A stretch of 32,000 bases of DNA from positions 28,040 through 60,039 of IMG/VR virus record IMGVR_UViG_3300017970_000001; one strand, given 5' to 3'. The notes under the pieces are model-generated. The model saw only the letters and a list, made by a program, of their open reading frames with translations, did no database searches and was not told the DNA's origin. Source of the stretch: a virus. Every line of letters starts with the position of its first letter. The stretch's first letter is position 1. The translations under genes were made by a program, and so were the position numbers. Positions 1 through 9,548 of this stretch are shown piece after piece.

Positions 1-1
1 G

Positions 2-211
2 ATTCCGCAAGACTTGCGCGAGAACGCGCAACGTCTTCGCGCGATCTATCTTCGTGAACAAGATCGAAAAAGTCTTCTCGAAGAGATCGAGGAGCTAGGA
101 AAGGTCAAGAGCACGATTTCGTGGACGAACGAGTTGGGAGAAGAATGTTTGGTGGAAGGGTTTCTCCAAAATAATCCTCCAGAGTTTTTCCGAGTGAAAG
201 GTCAGCCATGA
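2..211 (+). CDS. hypothetical protein, 5'-partial (frame open to window edge)
   Basis: Frame is open from nt 2. The TGA at 209-211 overlaps the next ATG (ATGA at 208-211), indicating translational coupling. Confidence 0.5.
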   Translation: MPQDLRENAQRLRAIYLREQDRKSLLEEIEELGKVKSTISWTNELGEECLVEGFLQNNPPEFFRVKGQP

Positions 212-900
212 GTAACGAGTGTCCCGTCTGCGAACGTGTACGAGTCATGTTAAAAGAAGCGCTGAATCTTCTCGAGGAGAAATCTGAACGTGGGTGCGCG
301 ACATGCGAGAAGGGTCAGAAGCTTACTCCCGAGACCGCATATCTCCACACCGGCTTTGGAGAGTTCTGTACGGTTTCGATCGAGGAGCTGGAGAAGAAAG
401 CTCAAGAGGATGAGACGAAACTCAACGGTCTTCGTGAGCAAAAGCCTAGACGCGGTCCTGGACGCCCTCGTAAGGCAGCTATGACGCCTGAGCGCGAAGC
501 TGAGCTCCGAGCGAAGGCGGACGCTGCGCAAGCCGAGACGATGAAGAATCACAAGCCGCCCATCATCGACGACGAGCGTAGGCGAACCGTTGAGCCTCCA
601 CGTTGGTGTCGATGCGGCCGTCCCGTCACGTGGGACGGTAAGGTTTGGGAATGTCAGTCTGGCCACAAGAATCCGCTCGAGAATTTGCTTCAAGTAAATG
701 TTGGCGTTCCCGGTGAACGCATCGACCTGCTTTGCAACGACGTATGCAAGCATGTGGAGGTGTCTCTTCTCGAGGTGGCTTCTTGGTCGACAACCAAGCG
801 AGACGTCGTGAGAGCTCTTATTGCTCAAGACGGGGATGTGAAGGGGTACCTGGTTCCGGAAAGCTCACCCACCCAGGAGGTAGAGCCTTTTGGATTCTAA
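208..900 (+). CDS. hypothetical zinc-ribbon / AT-hook-like DNA-binding protein
   Basis: 230-aa ORF coupled to the upstream gene. It has Cys pairs CPVC...CATC and a CRCG...C..GH cluster. RRGPGRPRKA resembles an AT-hook. No family recognised. Confidence 0.7.
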   Translation: MSNECPVCERVRVMLKEALNLLEEKSERGCATCEKGQKLTPETAYLHTGFGEFCTVSIEELEKKAQEDETKLNGLREQKPRRGPGRPRKAAMTPEREAELRAKADAAQAETMKNHKPPIIDDERRRTVEPPRWCRCGRPVTWDGKVWECQSGHKNPLENLLQVNVGVPGERIDLLCNDVCKHVEVSLLEVASWSTTKRDVVRALIAQDGDVKGYLVPESSPTQEVEPFGF

Positions 901-1059
901 GGTCACGAATGTCTTCTCGGCTCGAGTGACGCAGAGTCGAGAGGGGAGCCGGCCCGGCGGCTCGGCTAGCCGCGGGTCTCTTGCGGCGGGTGAAGGCGTA
1001 CGCGAATTTGCTAGCGAGCGCGAGTCAATACGCTACCGGGATAATTTTGAGGTGTGCCG

Positions 1060-1260
1060 ATGAGCATCGAACTACACATGAGTTACGAGGCAGAGGTCTT
1101 ATTCCTGCGCGCCCCGAACTGTGGAAGCAAGGGCTATCAATACGATCAGATCTGTTCGGAGTGTGGCGCGGTCAGGTCTTGTTATTCAGGTGTGTGTAGT
1201 TCGTGGGTCAAGCCCACGATCGTGCAGGCTCTCCTCGCGCGGAGGAGGAGTCGTGGGTGA
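1060..1260 (+). CDS. small Cys-containing hypothetical protein
   Basis: ATG lies 7 nt after GAGG (1049-1052). 66 aa with 5 Cys (NCG...CSECG...C...C). Its stop overlaps the start region of the next gene. Short, so tentative. Confidence 0.4.
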   Translation: MSIELHMSYEAEVLFLRAPNCGSKGYQYDQICSECGAVRSCYSGVCSSWVKPTIVQALLARRRSRG

Positions 1261-1489
1261 GCCGGCCGAGACGGTAGTATGCCCTCGCTGCGATCGGGGA
1301 GTAGGGCGAGCGTGCGTCGAAGGACTCTACCCACCCGTATACTGCGAACGCCGAATCCAGCTCGCCAAGGACATCGCCACGATTCGCGCGGAGGCTGAGC
1401 GCCAGGACGCGTCCGCGGACTCTCTGCCCGACTACGCGGCGCGGGTGCTCACGGAGCTCGCCAACCGGATGGCGCGAGGCGAAACATGA
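1253..1489 (+). CDS. hypothetical protein
   Basis: GTG at 1253 follows GGAGGAGGA (1241-1249). 78 aa with a CPRC motif. Stop overlaps the next ATG (ATGA 1486-1489). The same-frame extension back to 1121 looks non-coding. Confidence 0.55.
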   Translation: MGEPAETVVCPRCDRGVGRACVEGLYPPVYCERRIQLAKDIATIRAEAERQDASADSLPDYAARVLTELANRMARGET

Positions 1490-1779
1490 GACAAGAAGAT
1501 CTCCGCGTTCTTCGTGAGCTCGCACAAGAGGATGACTTTCCCGAAGCCTTCTCGAGCATGCTCGTCAACCTCGAATCGGGCCGGTGGGACCACCTCACGG
1601 CTCGCCAGCGCGCTTGGGTGAATGACGTCGCTGAGCGTCATGGAATCGAACCCTCGTCGGGCGAGGTCGATGACGCTCCTGAGGTCATTCGGCTGACGCG
1701 CGGACCGATACCACGTGGTAGAGAGGTCGACTTGCTCGTGAAGGATAGGCCACTCAAGCCGCCGGTTAGGAGAACGTAA
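1486..1779 (+). CDS. hypothetical protein
   Basis: 97-aa ORF with an ATGA overlap to the upstream gene and a balanced, protein-like composition. Confidence 0.65.
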   Translation: MRQEDLRVLRELAQEDDFPEAFSSMLVNLESGRWDHLTARQRAWVNDVAERHGIEPSSGEVDDAPEVIRLTRGPIPRGREVDLLVKDRPLKPPVRRT

Positions 1780-1781
1780 AA

Positions 1782-1979
1782 GTGCAACAATCCGAAAAAG
1801 AATATTTGAAGCTAAAAGAAGATCTGCGTAGGCTCCTTGGTCTCCCCGTTTGTCCGAGGCTATTCGGCCCTGGCAACCCTCGATGGGACGAGACTCACGA
1901 CGAGGACGAGTACCAAAACGAGTACGAGGACGAGTACGACCCGGAAGAGAACGAATCCGAAGAGGATCTCGATGAGTAA
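1782..1979 (+). CDS. small acidic hypothetical protein
   Basis: GTG lies 8 nt after AGGAGA. 65 aa with a strongly acidic C-terminal half (DEDEYQNEYEDEYDPEENESEEDLDE). Confidence 0.55.
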   Translation: MQQSEKEYLKLKEDLRRLLGLPVCPRLFGPGNPRWDETHDEDEYQNEYEDEYDPEENESEEDLDE

Positions 1980-2202
1980 AAAGGAATCAGAAAGCGGGCC
2001 CTACGAAAAAGAAATCGTCTTGTGCTCTACGTGCGGTGAGCGAGAGGCCACACACGAAATTTCGATCAGTTGTCAGAAAGGTTTACTGTGGTGGCCGATC
2101 GAGAGAAGACAGGGAATCTTTCACGTGAGCTACATCGTCTGCGGAGAGTGCGCGCGGGAGATGGTCGAAGTGAAGCTTAACGCAACGTTGAAAAAGAGAT
2201 GA
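1972..2202 (+). CDS. small zinc-ribbon-like hypothetical protein
   Basis: ATG at 1972 overlaps the upstream stop (ATGAGTAA). 76 aa with CSTCG...CGEC Cys pairs. The longer ORF-track version (from 1837) overlaps the previous gene and is unlikely. Confidence 0.55.
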   Translation: MSKKESESGPYEKEIVLCSTCGEREATHEISISCQKGLLWWPIERRQGIFHVSYIVCGECAREMVEVKLNATLKKR

Positions 2203-2612
2203 CGTCTTTCGCAGACGAATTTCGAACCGAGGCCCTGGTCAAGACAGGAGAAGTTGTCCGCCGTGTGGTCAAAGGTTGGAGTTTTTGCCTTTCGTACGGT
2301 GCTGTAGATCCTACAGTGGCTGCGGATGCGATGGCGGATGCGAATCTTCAAGTGCAGTACGAGGGACAAGATGTAACAGACGCGGTCATGGATAAACTAA
2401 AGACTGCCGTTATTTCGGAAGAGGCGAAGAGGACTCTCAGGGGAGAATGGATGCTGTCGGCAAGACTCTACCCAATCGGTCGAGCTTCGACAGAGGCTGA
2501 CTGGGCGTACCTTGGAAAGATGGCAGCGGCGCTTGGAGCGCCACAGCGAGTGCCTGAGAGTGTTCAAACCGACCCAAATGCTGCCCATTACTGGGTTTGG
2601 AAAGATTCGTGA
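2199..2612 (+). CDS. hypothetical protein
   Basis: 137-aa ORF whose ATG sits in an ATGA overlap with the upstream stop. Confidence 0.65.
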   Translation: MTSFADEFRTEALVKTGEVVRRVVKGWSFCLSYGAVDPTVAADAMADANLQVQYEGQDVTDAVMDKLKTAVISEEAKRTLRGEWMLSARLYPIGRASTEADWAYLGKMAAALGAPQRVPESVQTDPNAAHYWVWKDS

Positions 2613-2658
2613 ATGCGAGGATGACATCCCAAGGCGGGATGATTAAGGAGACGGGACC

Positions 2659-3036
2659 ATGAGCCATGACCGAGACACGTACAAAGTTCGCGACGAATCC
2701 GAGAAATGGAAGGCCCACGCCGGGGTCGTCCTCTGCACCAAGGAGGATTACGACCCCTACTCGGGCCTCCTTGTCATCCCCGGGAGCAAGACGAAGCACG
2801 TCTGTTTCCGCATCCGGGCTGTCGGCCCCGGAGTCGAGGGGTACGAGGTCGGAGACCTCCTCGCCGTCGATCGGTGCTTCGACACGCCGATGGGGTCTTT
2901 CGTGCGGGAGCCTCACATCCTCGGGAAGTTGTCGATTCATGACCAAAGGCCGGAGGTCCGCGGGAAGATGCGGGCAGACGTGCAGGAGGTCGCCGTGGAG
3001 AAGCTGATCGAGGACATGACGGCGACGGATGCCTGA
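2659..3036 (+). CDS. hypothetical protein, possibly GroES/Cpn10-like
   Basis: AAGGAGA lies upstream of the ATG. 125 aa. The segment GLLVIPGSK...FRIRAVGPGVEGYEVGDLLAV resembles the GroES pattern (xAVGxG...VGDxV). This is a weak, by-eye similarity only. Confidence 0.6.
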   Translation: MSHDRDTYKVRDESEKWKAHAGVVLCTKEDYDPYSGLLVIPGSKTKHVCFRIRAVGPGVEGYEVGDLLAVDRCFDTPMGSFVREPHILGKLSIHDQRPEVRGKMRADVQEVAVEKLIEDMTATDA

Positions 3037-3048
3037 TAGACTCGCCGC

Positions 3049-4020
3049 ATGAACCTCGCCGAAAACACCCCCGGGTATCCCCTTCGTCTCCAGATCGTCT
3101 TCACGATCTTGAATGGGAAGTCGCGCGCGTGGCTTCTCACGGAGATGGCCGGGAAGGGAGTCCTCATCCCGATCGCCTTCGACCAAGCCGCGGCGTACAT
3201 CCGTCAGGGCCTCGCGGACGAAGTAGACCTCGTGGTTGCGGACACGAAGCACGGGCGACAGGTTCGCTTCGTCGAGCTCGAAGGACCAGTTGAATGCGCC
3301 TGCCAACATCCTAGAGCCTTACAAGGACGCCGAGCGGGGGAGATGGCCGTCGGCGAGCCGCTTTTCGGAGTTGCGGAGGACGGCGTCTTTTGTTGTGGCG
3401 AAGAGTGTGTCGGCGAAGATGCCGCCGGAGGTACCCCGGCTCACGTGCGGTTCGATCGTTACTCCAAGGAGGGGAACTCGCCGGAGTACACCCTCGGAGA
3501 ATCGGTCGTCGCCGATCTCCCGAAGAACCTCGTTGACCGTTTCGAGAAGCGGGGGCCCGCGTGCCTACCGTGGGTGCGCATCTCCCGAGACCCGAAGCGC
3601 TTCGGAGCGTGTCTCGAGAAGGCCCGCCAGATCGGACCGCTCTCCGATGCCAAGAAGGTCTACGACCTCGTGGGACCTCATCTCGAGAAGGAGGATCAGG
3701 AGGTCTTTCTCGCGATCCTCGTCGATCCGCAGCTTCAGGTGCGCGCGATCTCGGAGATTGCTCGGGGTTCTCGAGACCGGGCGTCGGTTTCGATCCCGGA
3801 TACCCTACGCGTGGCGATTGTCGACGGAGCGATTTCGTTCATCGTCGTGCACAACCATCCATCGGGGCAAGTCAAGCCTTCGGAATCGGACATCGAATTA
3901 ACGGAAGCTCTTGCCTCTGCGGCGATGGGGGTGAAACTCCACCTCATGGATCACGTGATCGTGGGGATGGGGAAGTATTACTCTTTCGCCGACCACGGCC
4001 TGTTAAGGAAAGCACCATGA
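3049..4020 (+). CDS. RadC-like JAB/MPN domain protein with long unique N-terminal extension
   Basis: The C-terminal ~120 aa carry the RadC/DUF2466 signature (FLAILVD...RGS...V...P...I...A......FIVVHNHPSGQVKPSESDIELT...L...G..L.DHVIVG...YYSF). The N-terminal ~200 aa are unrecognised. Confidence 0.85.
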   Translation: MNLAENTPGYPLRLQIVFTILNGKSRAWLLTEMAGKGVLIPIAFDQAAAYIRQGLADEVDLVVADTKHGRQVRFVELEGPVECACQHPRALQGRRAGEMAVGEPLFGVAEDGVFCCGEECVGEDAAGGTPAHVRFDRYSKEGNSPEYTLGESVVADLPKNLVDRFEKRGPACLPWVRISRDPKRFGACLEKARQIGPLSDAKKVYDLVGPHLEKEDQEVFLAILVDPQLQVRAISEIARGSRDRASVSIPDTLRVAIVDGAISFIVVHNHPSGQVKPSESDIELTEALASAAMGVKLHLMDHVIVGMGKYYSFADHGLLRKAP

Positions 4021-4445
4021 CCCAACCCGCCACCATTCCCGCTACCGTTCCTACCAATGGAGCCGTTGCGGCTCCGCCTTCTCAAGTTGCAACACCGGCC
4101 GACGCGCCCGAACCCCTCGTCTTCGCGGTCTTTTCCCTCTCGGGAACGTGGCAGTTCGGCCAGCTTGTTCCTGTCGCGCCCGGAGCGACACCCGATCCTT
4201 TTCGCATCATTCGGATGGTCGTTCGGGAGAACGGCGACATCGATGTGTACGCGAAGTCGGAGGGGGACAACGACTACACGAAGCAAAACACTTCCGTGAT
4301 CGTCACGCTCTATGCGCGAACGGTCGAGCGGGTGATCACCCTCGCGAGAAACGACGTGTGGGTGGAGCTTCTTCGTGAGGAGGATGAGGAGGAAGAGGAT
4401 GATGAGCCTGAAGGCACCTCTACTGGAACGGGAGCGACGACATGA
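4017..4445 (+). CDS. hypothetical protein with acidic C-terminus
   Basis: ATG at 4017 overlaps the RadC-like stop (ATGA). 142 aa with an EEDEEEEDDE tail. The ORF-track frame back to 3561 is an artefactual extension inside the RadC-like gene. Confidence 0.65.
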   Translation: MTQPATIPATVPTNGAVAAPPSQVATPADAPEPLVFAVFSLSGTWQFGQLVPVAPGATPDPFRIIRMVVRENGDIDVYAKSEGDNDYTKQNTSVIVTLYARTVERVITLARNDVWVELLREEDEEEEDDEPEGTSTGTGATT

Positions 4446-4765
4446 GCTCGACAGCCACCCTCGAGTACTCCGTGACGGCCCAAGGGCCGATCACACCCAC
4501 GCAAATCGAATCAGCGCTCTCCGGCGTGTTGATCAACTACCTTCCGATCGAGGAGATCACGGGAGCCGCCTTGTCGAGTGACGTGACGACGCTCGCGGGG
4601 AGCGTCGCCTCCCGTACGATCGTCTTTAACATCACCGGGGTACATTTTCAAACCCGGTTCCCTCCAGGGACGGATCAGGCCGCTCCGTTTCGAGGGCTGT
4701 ATCTTCAGACGCTCGCCGGGACGCTCGGAGCGGTCGTAACCGAACATCCGGTGGTGATTGCATGA
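4442..4765 (+). CDS. hypothetical protein
   Basis: 107-aa ORF with an ATGA overlap to the upstream gene. Confidence 0.65.
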   Translation: MSSTATLEYSVTAQGPITPTQIESALSGVLINYLPIEEITGAALSSDVTTLAGSVASRTIVFNITGVHFQTRFPPGTDQAAPFRGLYLQTLAGTLGAVVTEHPVVIA

Positions 4766-4977
4766 TTACTGCAAAGTATGTATGCGACTGGTGCAAAGTT
4801 TCTACCGAGCTCAACGTCCCTGTCGAAGGTCCTCAAAGAGAACGTCTACCTGAAAATCCTTTGACATTGATTTCAGTACCAGTGCTTGGCGCTCCGAAGA
4901 TGGAACACATTTGCGACGTGTGCGTGAAAGCACAAAATGCCGCTATCCTGGCGGCGCGTAAGAATCGAATGGGGTAG
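4762..4977 (+). CDS. small zinc-ribbon-like hypothetical protein
   Basis: 71 aa with an ATGA overlap to the upstream gene. CDWC...CDVC Cys pairs. Confidence 0.6.
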   Translation: MITAKYVCDWCKVSTELNVPVEGPQRERLPENPLTLISVPVLGAPKMEHICDVCVKAQNAAILAARKNRMG

Positions 4978-4979
4978 CT

Positions 4980-6404
4980 ATGGGACGTCCGAAAAAGAAC
5001 CGAGACATCATGGACCCGCAAGGCGTCCTCGACGGTACGGCCTCTGACGTCACGGACGTCGTCTACCCGGAAGCCGTTCCGCAGAATCCCGACGGGACCC
5101 CTCGAACCGAGGGAGAGATTTCGGAAGAACAGGTCCAGCAAATCGGTGCCGTCGATCTCGAGAGCGCGGCGCACAATACGCGTACCGATCGAATCAAGAT
5201 GGGGAAACTCTCGGGGAAGAGAAACGTCCCGTGGAACACGACGGATCCCCTCGAACAACTCGATTCGATTCGTTCGACATTCGCAGGGGAGTGGCCTGCG
5301 ATGCGCATTCACGTGGCTCGCGTCATTCCTGAGCCGGTGATGCAATTCCCTCCTGTGCCGGCGGCTTCTATTCGAAATACGGGAATGCTCTACGAGCTCG
5401 TGGAGCGGTACCATGGCGCGTCTCCCCCTGCGACCTATCAGGTGAAATTTATTGGTGCGTCCGGAGCCTGGAGAGGAAGTGGACATATCGGGATGCCGGA
5501 CAAGACGGCACCGTATCCGGCTCCTCAAACGTATGCTCCGCCCCAACCGGCGCCCGGACCGTTAGGACAACAGAGTCCCGTCGTCGTCAATATGCCGCCG
5601 CAGCAAAGGACATCGGAGTACAACGGTCAGACGGAGCTCATTCAAGCGATCATCTCTCAGCAGCAAGTGCAGACCCAGATGATGATGGGTGTCCTTAAGG
5701 ATATCGTCGAGTCGCTCAAGAAGCCTCAGATGCCTCCGGGGTTCATTCCCTTGCCCGAAGGTTGGCCCGAAACGCCGAAGGGATACACGCGCGTTCCGGG
5801 CGGATGCGTGCCGGAGCCACCTCAGCCCGTTTCTCATGCCGCGGCCGCGCCGCAGACCGTGTACGTTCCGCAGAGCGCTCCTGTAGCGGCGCCTGCATCG
5901 GATCCCGCCGCGCAAATGGCCTCGATGGCAAAGTCCTTCGGAGGCCTCTGGCGAACGATGCAGGACCTCCGGACGATGATCGAAGGGGCGGAGGATCTTC
6001 TTCCCGAGCCCGCCGGGCCAGCGGCCCCCGCCACCCCTCAGATCACGCCGATTCCCATCGGCGGCGGCATCTCGATGATCCCGGGGCCGAACGGAACCAC
6101 GAACTGGCCCGCTACCCTCCTAGGGGCACTTCCGAAGATCGTCGACGGTGGGCAAAAGGTCCTCGACACATACGGAAAGGTCATGGCGAAGCAGGCGGAG
6201 ATCACGCAGCGAACGGTGCAGGATCGAATCCGTCTCGCTCATGCTGTGGCTCAGGTTCCGGGGTTGCAACCGCAAGCGCCTCCGCCTCAGCCGGCTACCG
6301 CTCCTCCGCCGCCGCAGCCGGTACCTCAACCGGCTCCGCCGCCGCAACCCGTGGCGCGTCCAGCTCGCAAGATGCCCGAAAACCCCGGAACCTTGTGGGG
6401 GTAG
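4980..6404 (+). CDS. Pro/Gln-rich hypothetical (scaffold-like or structural) protein
   Basis: 474-aa ORF starting 3 nt after the previous stop. Long Pro-rich linkers, a Gln-rich helix (IISQQQVQTQMMMGVLKDIVESLKK) and a C-terminal PPPQP tract. No family recognised. Confidence 0.75.
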   Translation: MGRPKKNRDIMDPQGVLDGTASDVTDVVYPEAVPQNPDGTPRTEGEISEEQVQQIGAVDLESAAHNTRTDRIKMGKLSGKRNVPWNTTDPLEQLDSIRSTFAGEWPAMRIHVARVIPEPVMQFPPVPAASIRNTGMLYELVERYHGASPPATYQVKFIGASGAWRGSGHIGMPDKTAPYPAPQTYAPPQPAPGPLGQQSPVVVNMPPQQRTSEYNGQTELIQAIISQQQVQTQMMMGVLKDIVESLKKPQMPPGFIPLPEGWPETPKGYTRVPGGCVPEPPQPVSHAAAAPQTVYVPQSAPVAAPASDPAAQMASMAKSFGGLWRTMQDLRTMIEGAEDLLPEPAGPAAPATPQITPIPIGGGISMIPGPNGTTNWPATLLGALPKIVDGGQKVLDTYGKVMAKQAEITQRTVQDRIRLAHAVAQVPGLQPQAPPPQPATAPPPPQPVPQPAPPPQPVARPARKMPENPGTLWG

Positions 6405-6437
6405 CGTACGTATATCCTCGGGTGGTAGGGTACCGGG

Positions 6438-7727
6438 GTGTTCTCCCTCCCGGACCCGAACGATCTCAACGGGCAGATCGCGGCCGGGCAGAACCTCATC
6501 TCGCAGGTACAGAATGCCGCGGCGACGGGGGATGTGTCGGGTCTCCTTGACGCTGGAATAGCGCTCGCGCTTCCAGGAACGGTAGGAACCGTTCTTACGG
6601 ATTCGATGGGAGGAGCTCTCACGGGGCTCGCGATGGCTGGGCCCGCGGGAGCGGCCTTCGGAGCGGTTCTCGGAGCGGTAGAAGGGATTTCGAGCCTCTT
6701 CGCTCCGGCGGACTCCGTTATCGGCACGTACGGACAGTCCGAGGCGACGAACACGATCACGCAAAGAGTCGCGAAGCTCGCAGGGATGAATACCGGAATC
6801 TATTCCGGCAATCCTGTGGGCTGGCACATGGCGGACTTTTGCGCCTTTGCTTTTCCGCCAAGTTCTTCTCAAAATGCGGATTTGTTTGATGTCGTCTTTT
6901 CCGCGGCGAAGACATCGCTGATAGCGAATCTTACCGGGTTTGGAAACGCCGGGTATCTTTCGCAGTTGCCTGGGTATTTCACGAACCCTCTGCCGGCTTC
7001 GGAAATACTAAGTGTGCAGCAAGCACTCTGCACGCCGGTATGGTTTCTTTGGTATCAATCGCAACAAATTGTCGATTGCGATCAGGATCTCTTTTTCGGA
7101 TCCGGTGGAGCGGGAGGAACACCTAATCAGCTCCTTCAAACGTGGCTTCAGAATGCGAATGCCGTAGGAGGGCTTTCGAAGAACGTCATCATACAAAGAG
7201 CGATTGCCAGAGCTCCCGACCCCCTGTTCTGGTCTACCGATCTGTACGGTTCGACGTTCTCCTCGGGGGTGTTTAGTTCAGGCTTCGCGACCGTCTACTA
7301 TAATGTCGACCTGATTAACGCGATGGCGACTGTCCTGATGATGCTCGCCGCGGGGGCGAGCACGCAGGCGATCGTTTCCGAGCTCTTGATGCAGCAAGCG
7401 ATCCTGGCGAATTCCGGATCGAAAGCTCCGGGGCAGGGCACGGGAAGTCTCGTAGGAGGCGACGTCAATCACGTTGGTTTCCAGCAGCTTTTGGCGTGGT
7501 ACATCAACCTTGCGAACGCCGAAAACGAGGCCGCTGGCCTAAGTCTAGGGACCTGGGGTATGGTAGGGGCCGTGGCTCTCGGTGCACTCGCTACGCTTCT
7601 CGTTGGAACCCTTGGGTATTCTGTCTACACTCGACAGTCTCCTCGGGTCGTCATGCAAGCGGAGTGGTCTCGAACAAAGGCGGCTGTATCTCGAGTAGGA
7701 AGAGGGGCTGGGAGGCTCGTGGCATGA
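6438..7727 (+). CDS. Gly/Ala-rich membrane-associated hypothetical protein
   Basis: 429-aa ORF with a GTG start. Glycine-zipper-like segments and a TM helix near the C-terminus (MVGAVALGALATLLVGTLGYSVY). Stop overlaps the next ATG. Confidence 0.75.
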   Translation: MFSLPDPNDLNGQIAAGQNLISQVQNAAATGDVSGLLDAGIALALPGTVGTVLTDSMGGALTGLAMAGPAGAAFGAVLGAVEGISSLFAPADSVIGTYGQSEATNTITQRVAKLAGMNTGIYSGNPVGWHMADFCAFAFPPSSSQNADLFDVVFSAAKTSLIANLTGFGNAGYLSQLPGYFTNPLPASEILSVQQALCTPVWFLWYQSQQIVDCDQDLFFGSGGAGGTPNQLLQTWLQNANAVGGLSKNVIIQRAIARAPDPLFWSTDLYGSTFSSGVFSSGFATVYYNVDLINAMATVLMMLAAGASTQAIVSELLMQQAILANSGSKAPGQGTGSLVGGDVNHVGFQQLLAWYINLANAENEAAGLSLGTWGMVGAVALGALATLLVGTLGYSVYTRQSPRVVMQAEWSRTKAAVSRVGRGAGRLVA

Positions 7728-7975
7728 ACTACGTGTGGCAAAACGGTTGGAAGAGAGCTCCTGCGGGTTTTGGACAGCAAGGGGGTTCTCTCTCTTCGAT
7801 TTTCGAAAATATAGGTAGTAGTTTGCAGCCTCAGTCTGCCACCGTGTACGAGGCTCAGGTTGTTCCCGGGAGCGCGAACCTCGTTTCTGCGGCGCCCAGC
7901 ACGACAACTTATATTATCGCGGGGATCATCGGTGTGCTCGTTTTGGGCGGAATCGTGTACTACGCGAGTGAGTAG
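7724..7975 (+). CDS. small C-tail-anchored membrane protein
   Basis: ATG at 7724 sits in an ATGA overlap. 83 aa ending in YIIAGIIGVLVLGGIVYYASE. Confidence 0.6.
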   Translation: MNYVWQNGWKRAPAGFGQQGGSLSSIFENIGSSLQPQSATVYEAQVVPGSANLVSAAPSTTTYIIAGIIGVLVLGGIVYYASE

Positions 7976-7995
7976 GCGGGACATTACGCGAGTGA

Positions 7996-9054
7996 GTGAC
8001 GCGAATGGAGAAGACCATGGAAGCGGCTTTCGACATCAAGGACATTGGCTCGAACGGAATGATTTCCGGTCCGACCCCGAATCCGATGGGTTTCGGAATG
8101 GCGACGGAAATGCCTGTACCCGCACCCGTGGCACCGCAAGAGCCCGTGGGCGTGGGAGCTGTCCCCGTAGGAGTGGGTCTCACTCCGCCTTCGGGAATGT
8201 CACCCGATTCGATCGCGCCCCTTAACACTAACCCTTCCGCAAACTACCAGCAGATCTACCCCATCGACACGTGTGGAACGGGAACAGGTCTCGACGTCCA
8301 AGGTATCCTCACGGCGATGCGGGGTTTGTGGAACGGGGGCGCGGGAAGTAGCGGGTTCGGACCCATCAACAACTTCCTGCATTTTTGGTACATGCCCACG
8401 GCGACCACGAACTGCGTTTCGCCTGGAATGGGCGGAGTTGCGCTGATGCGATATCGCGGAGGGGTGAGCGAGTCGATTGAACTCGCGTACCAATTCCTGG
8501 CTACGACCACGATCGAGCAACCTCAGACTCCGACGTCCGTCATCGCTTCGACCTCCGCGCCAGCTCCCACGCTTGCCGCACCCGTCACGTCGACGGACCA
8601 GGGGCAGTACACGTGGAGTCAGTATGCGTGGATCTACCTTGCGGCGAATCCGGGAGACATTCCTTCGCAACCTCCGCCTGGGAGCACGACGGGCATCGGT
8701 CGGTGGGTGAACACGACCGGGTTGCAATTCGACTTCTATCCGGGCCCGGGAAACATTCAGCCGATCCTGGACCCGTCGGGAAACACGTGGTGGATCAACT
8801 CTTCCAGCCATGCCGCGTCGAATGCGACGGACACGGCGGGGGGCGCGAGCTGGAATCCCCCTCTTCCCGGAACGGTCGCGGCCGTGACGCCTCCTCCGGC
8901 GCTTGCGGGATCAACGGGACGGTGGGTGTACGCGCACCCGTCATACTACGTGTGGCTCTCGGGAACCGCGGCTTTGACGACGGGAGAAGAGGTCGCGCTC
9001 TTCTTGCTTCTGGCGGGAGTGGTCGGCGGCATTGCGTACCTGATTTGGGACTGA
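7996..9054 (+). CDS. C-tail-anchored hypothetical structural protein
   Basis: 352-aa ORF (GTG 7996; alternative ATGs at 8005 and 8017). Pro/Thr-rich ectodomain with a terminal TM (ALFLLLAGVVGGIAYLIWD). Confidence 0.75.
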   Translation: MTRMEKTMEAAFDIKDIGSNGMISGPTPNPMGFGMATEMPVPAPVAPQEPVGVGAVPVGVGLTPPSGMSPDSIAPLNTNPSANYQQIYPIDTCGTGTGLDVQGILTAMRGLWNGGAGSSGFGPINNFLHFWYMPTATTNCVSPGMGGVALMRYRGGVSESIELAYQFLATTTIEQPQTPTSVIASTSAPAPTLAAPVTSTDQGQYTWSQYAWIYLAANPGDIPSQPPPGSTTGIGRWVNTTGLQFDFYPGPGNIQPILDPSGNTWWINSSSHAASNATDTAGGASWNPPLPGTVAAVTPPPALAGSTGRWVYAHPSYYVWLSGTAALTTGEEVALFLLLAGVVGGIAYLIWD

Positions 9055-9055
9055 G

Positions 9056-9469
9056 ATGTCGAACACATCTTTCACTCCTCCTGTTTCGTTTCCGGCGCAG
9101 ATCTATTCTCCGCCGGTAACCCCACCGATTGAACCTCCTGCGACCATCACGCCGGCTGTTCCTCCGGTCATTCCTCCGATCGAAACGACGACATCCCCTC
9201 CCGGCGTCACGACCATCGTTCCTGTCGTTCCCCCAACCGCTCCTCTCACGCTCCCGACCTCGCCTGTTCTTCCCGCGTACCAAGCGCCCGCAGCAACGCC
9301 CACGTGGATCTGGGTCGTCGGAGGGCTTCTCGCTCTCGCAGTCGTCGGAGGGCTCGCGTACTTCGTGATGGGACAACGCCCTTCTCCTGCTGGTTCGTCC
9401 TCCGCGGGGGCATCCGAACCGAATCCTCTTCCGAGAAAGAGAAGGCGCCGTGGCAAGCGGCGTCGGTAG
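9056..9469 (+). CDS. Pro-rich membrane protein with basic tail
   Basis: ATG lies 2 nt after the upstream stop. 137 aa with Pro-rich repeats (PPVTPPIEPPATITPAVPPVIPPIE), a TM (IWVVGGLLALAVVGGLAYFVMG) and an RKRRRRGKRRR end. Confidence 0.65.
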   Translation: MSNTSFTPPVSFPAQIYSPPVTPPIEPPATITPAVPPVIPPIETTTSPPGVTTIVPVVPPTAPLTLPTSPVLPAYQAPAATPTWIWVVGGLLALAVVGGLAYFVMGQRPSPAGSSSAGASEPNPLPRKRRRRGKRRR

Positions 9470-9548
9470 AGGCCCGGGTAAGCACGTCGGCCTCGGCTCG
9501 CCAGGGTTCGCGCCGTCGGTCGCTTCGGCGAACGCTGCGCTCGGGGGG

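Noticed and set aside
2437-3309. 290-aa minus ORF spanning the GroES-like and RadC-like gene starts
   Set aside because: It overlaps two well-supported + strand genes, has low-information composition, and has no coupling or SD.
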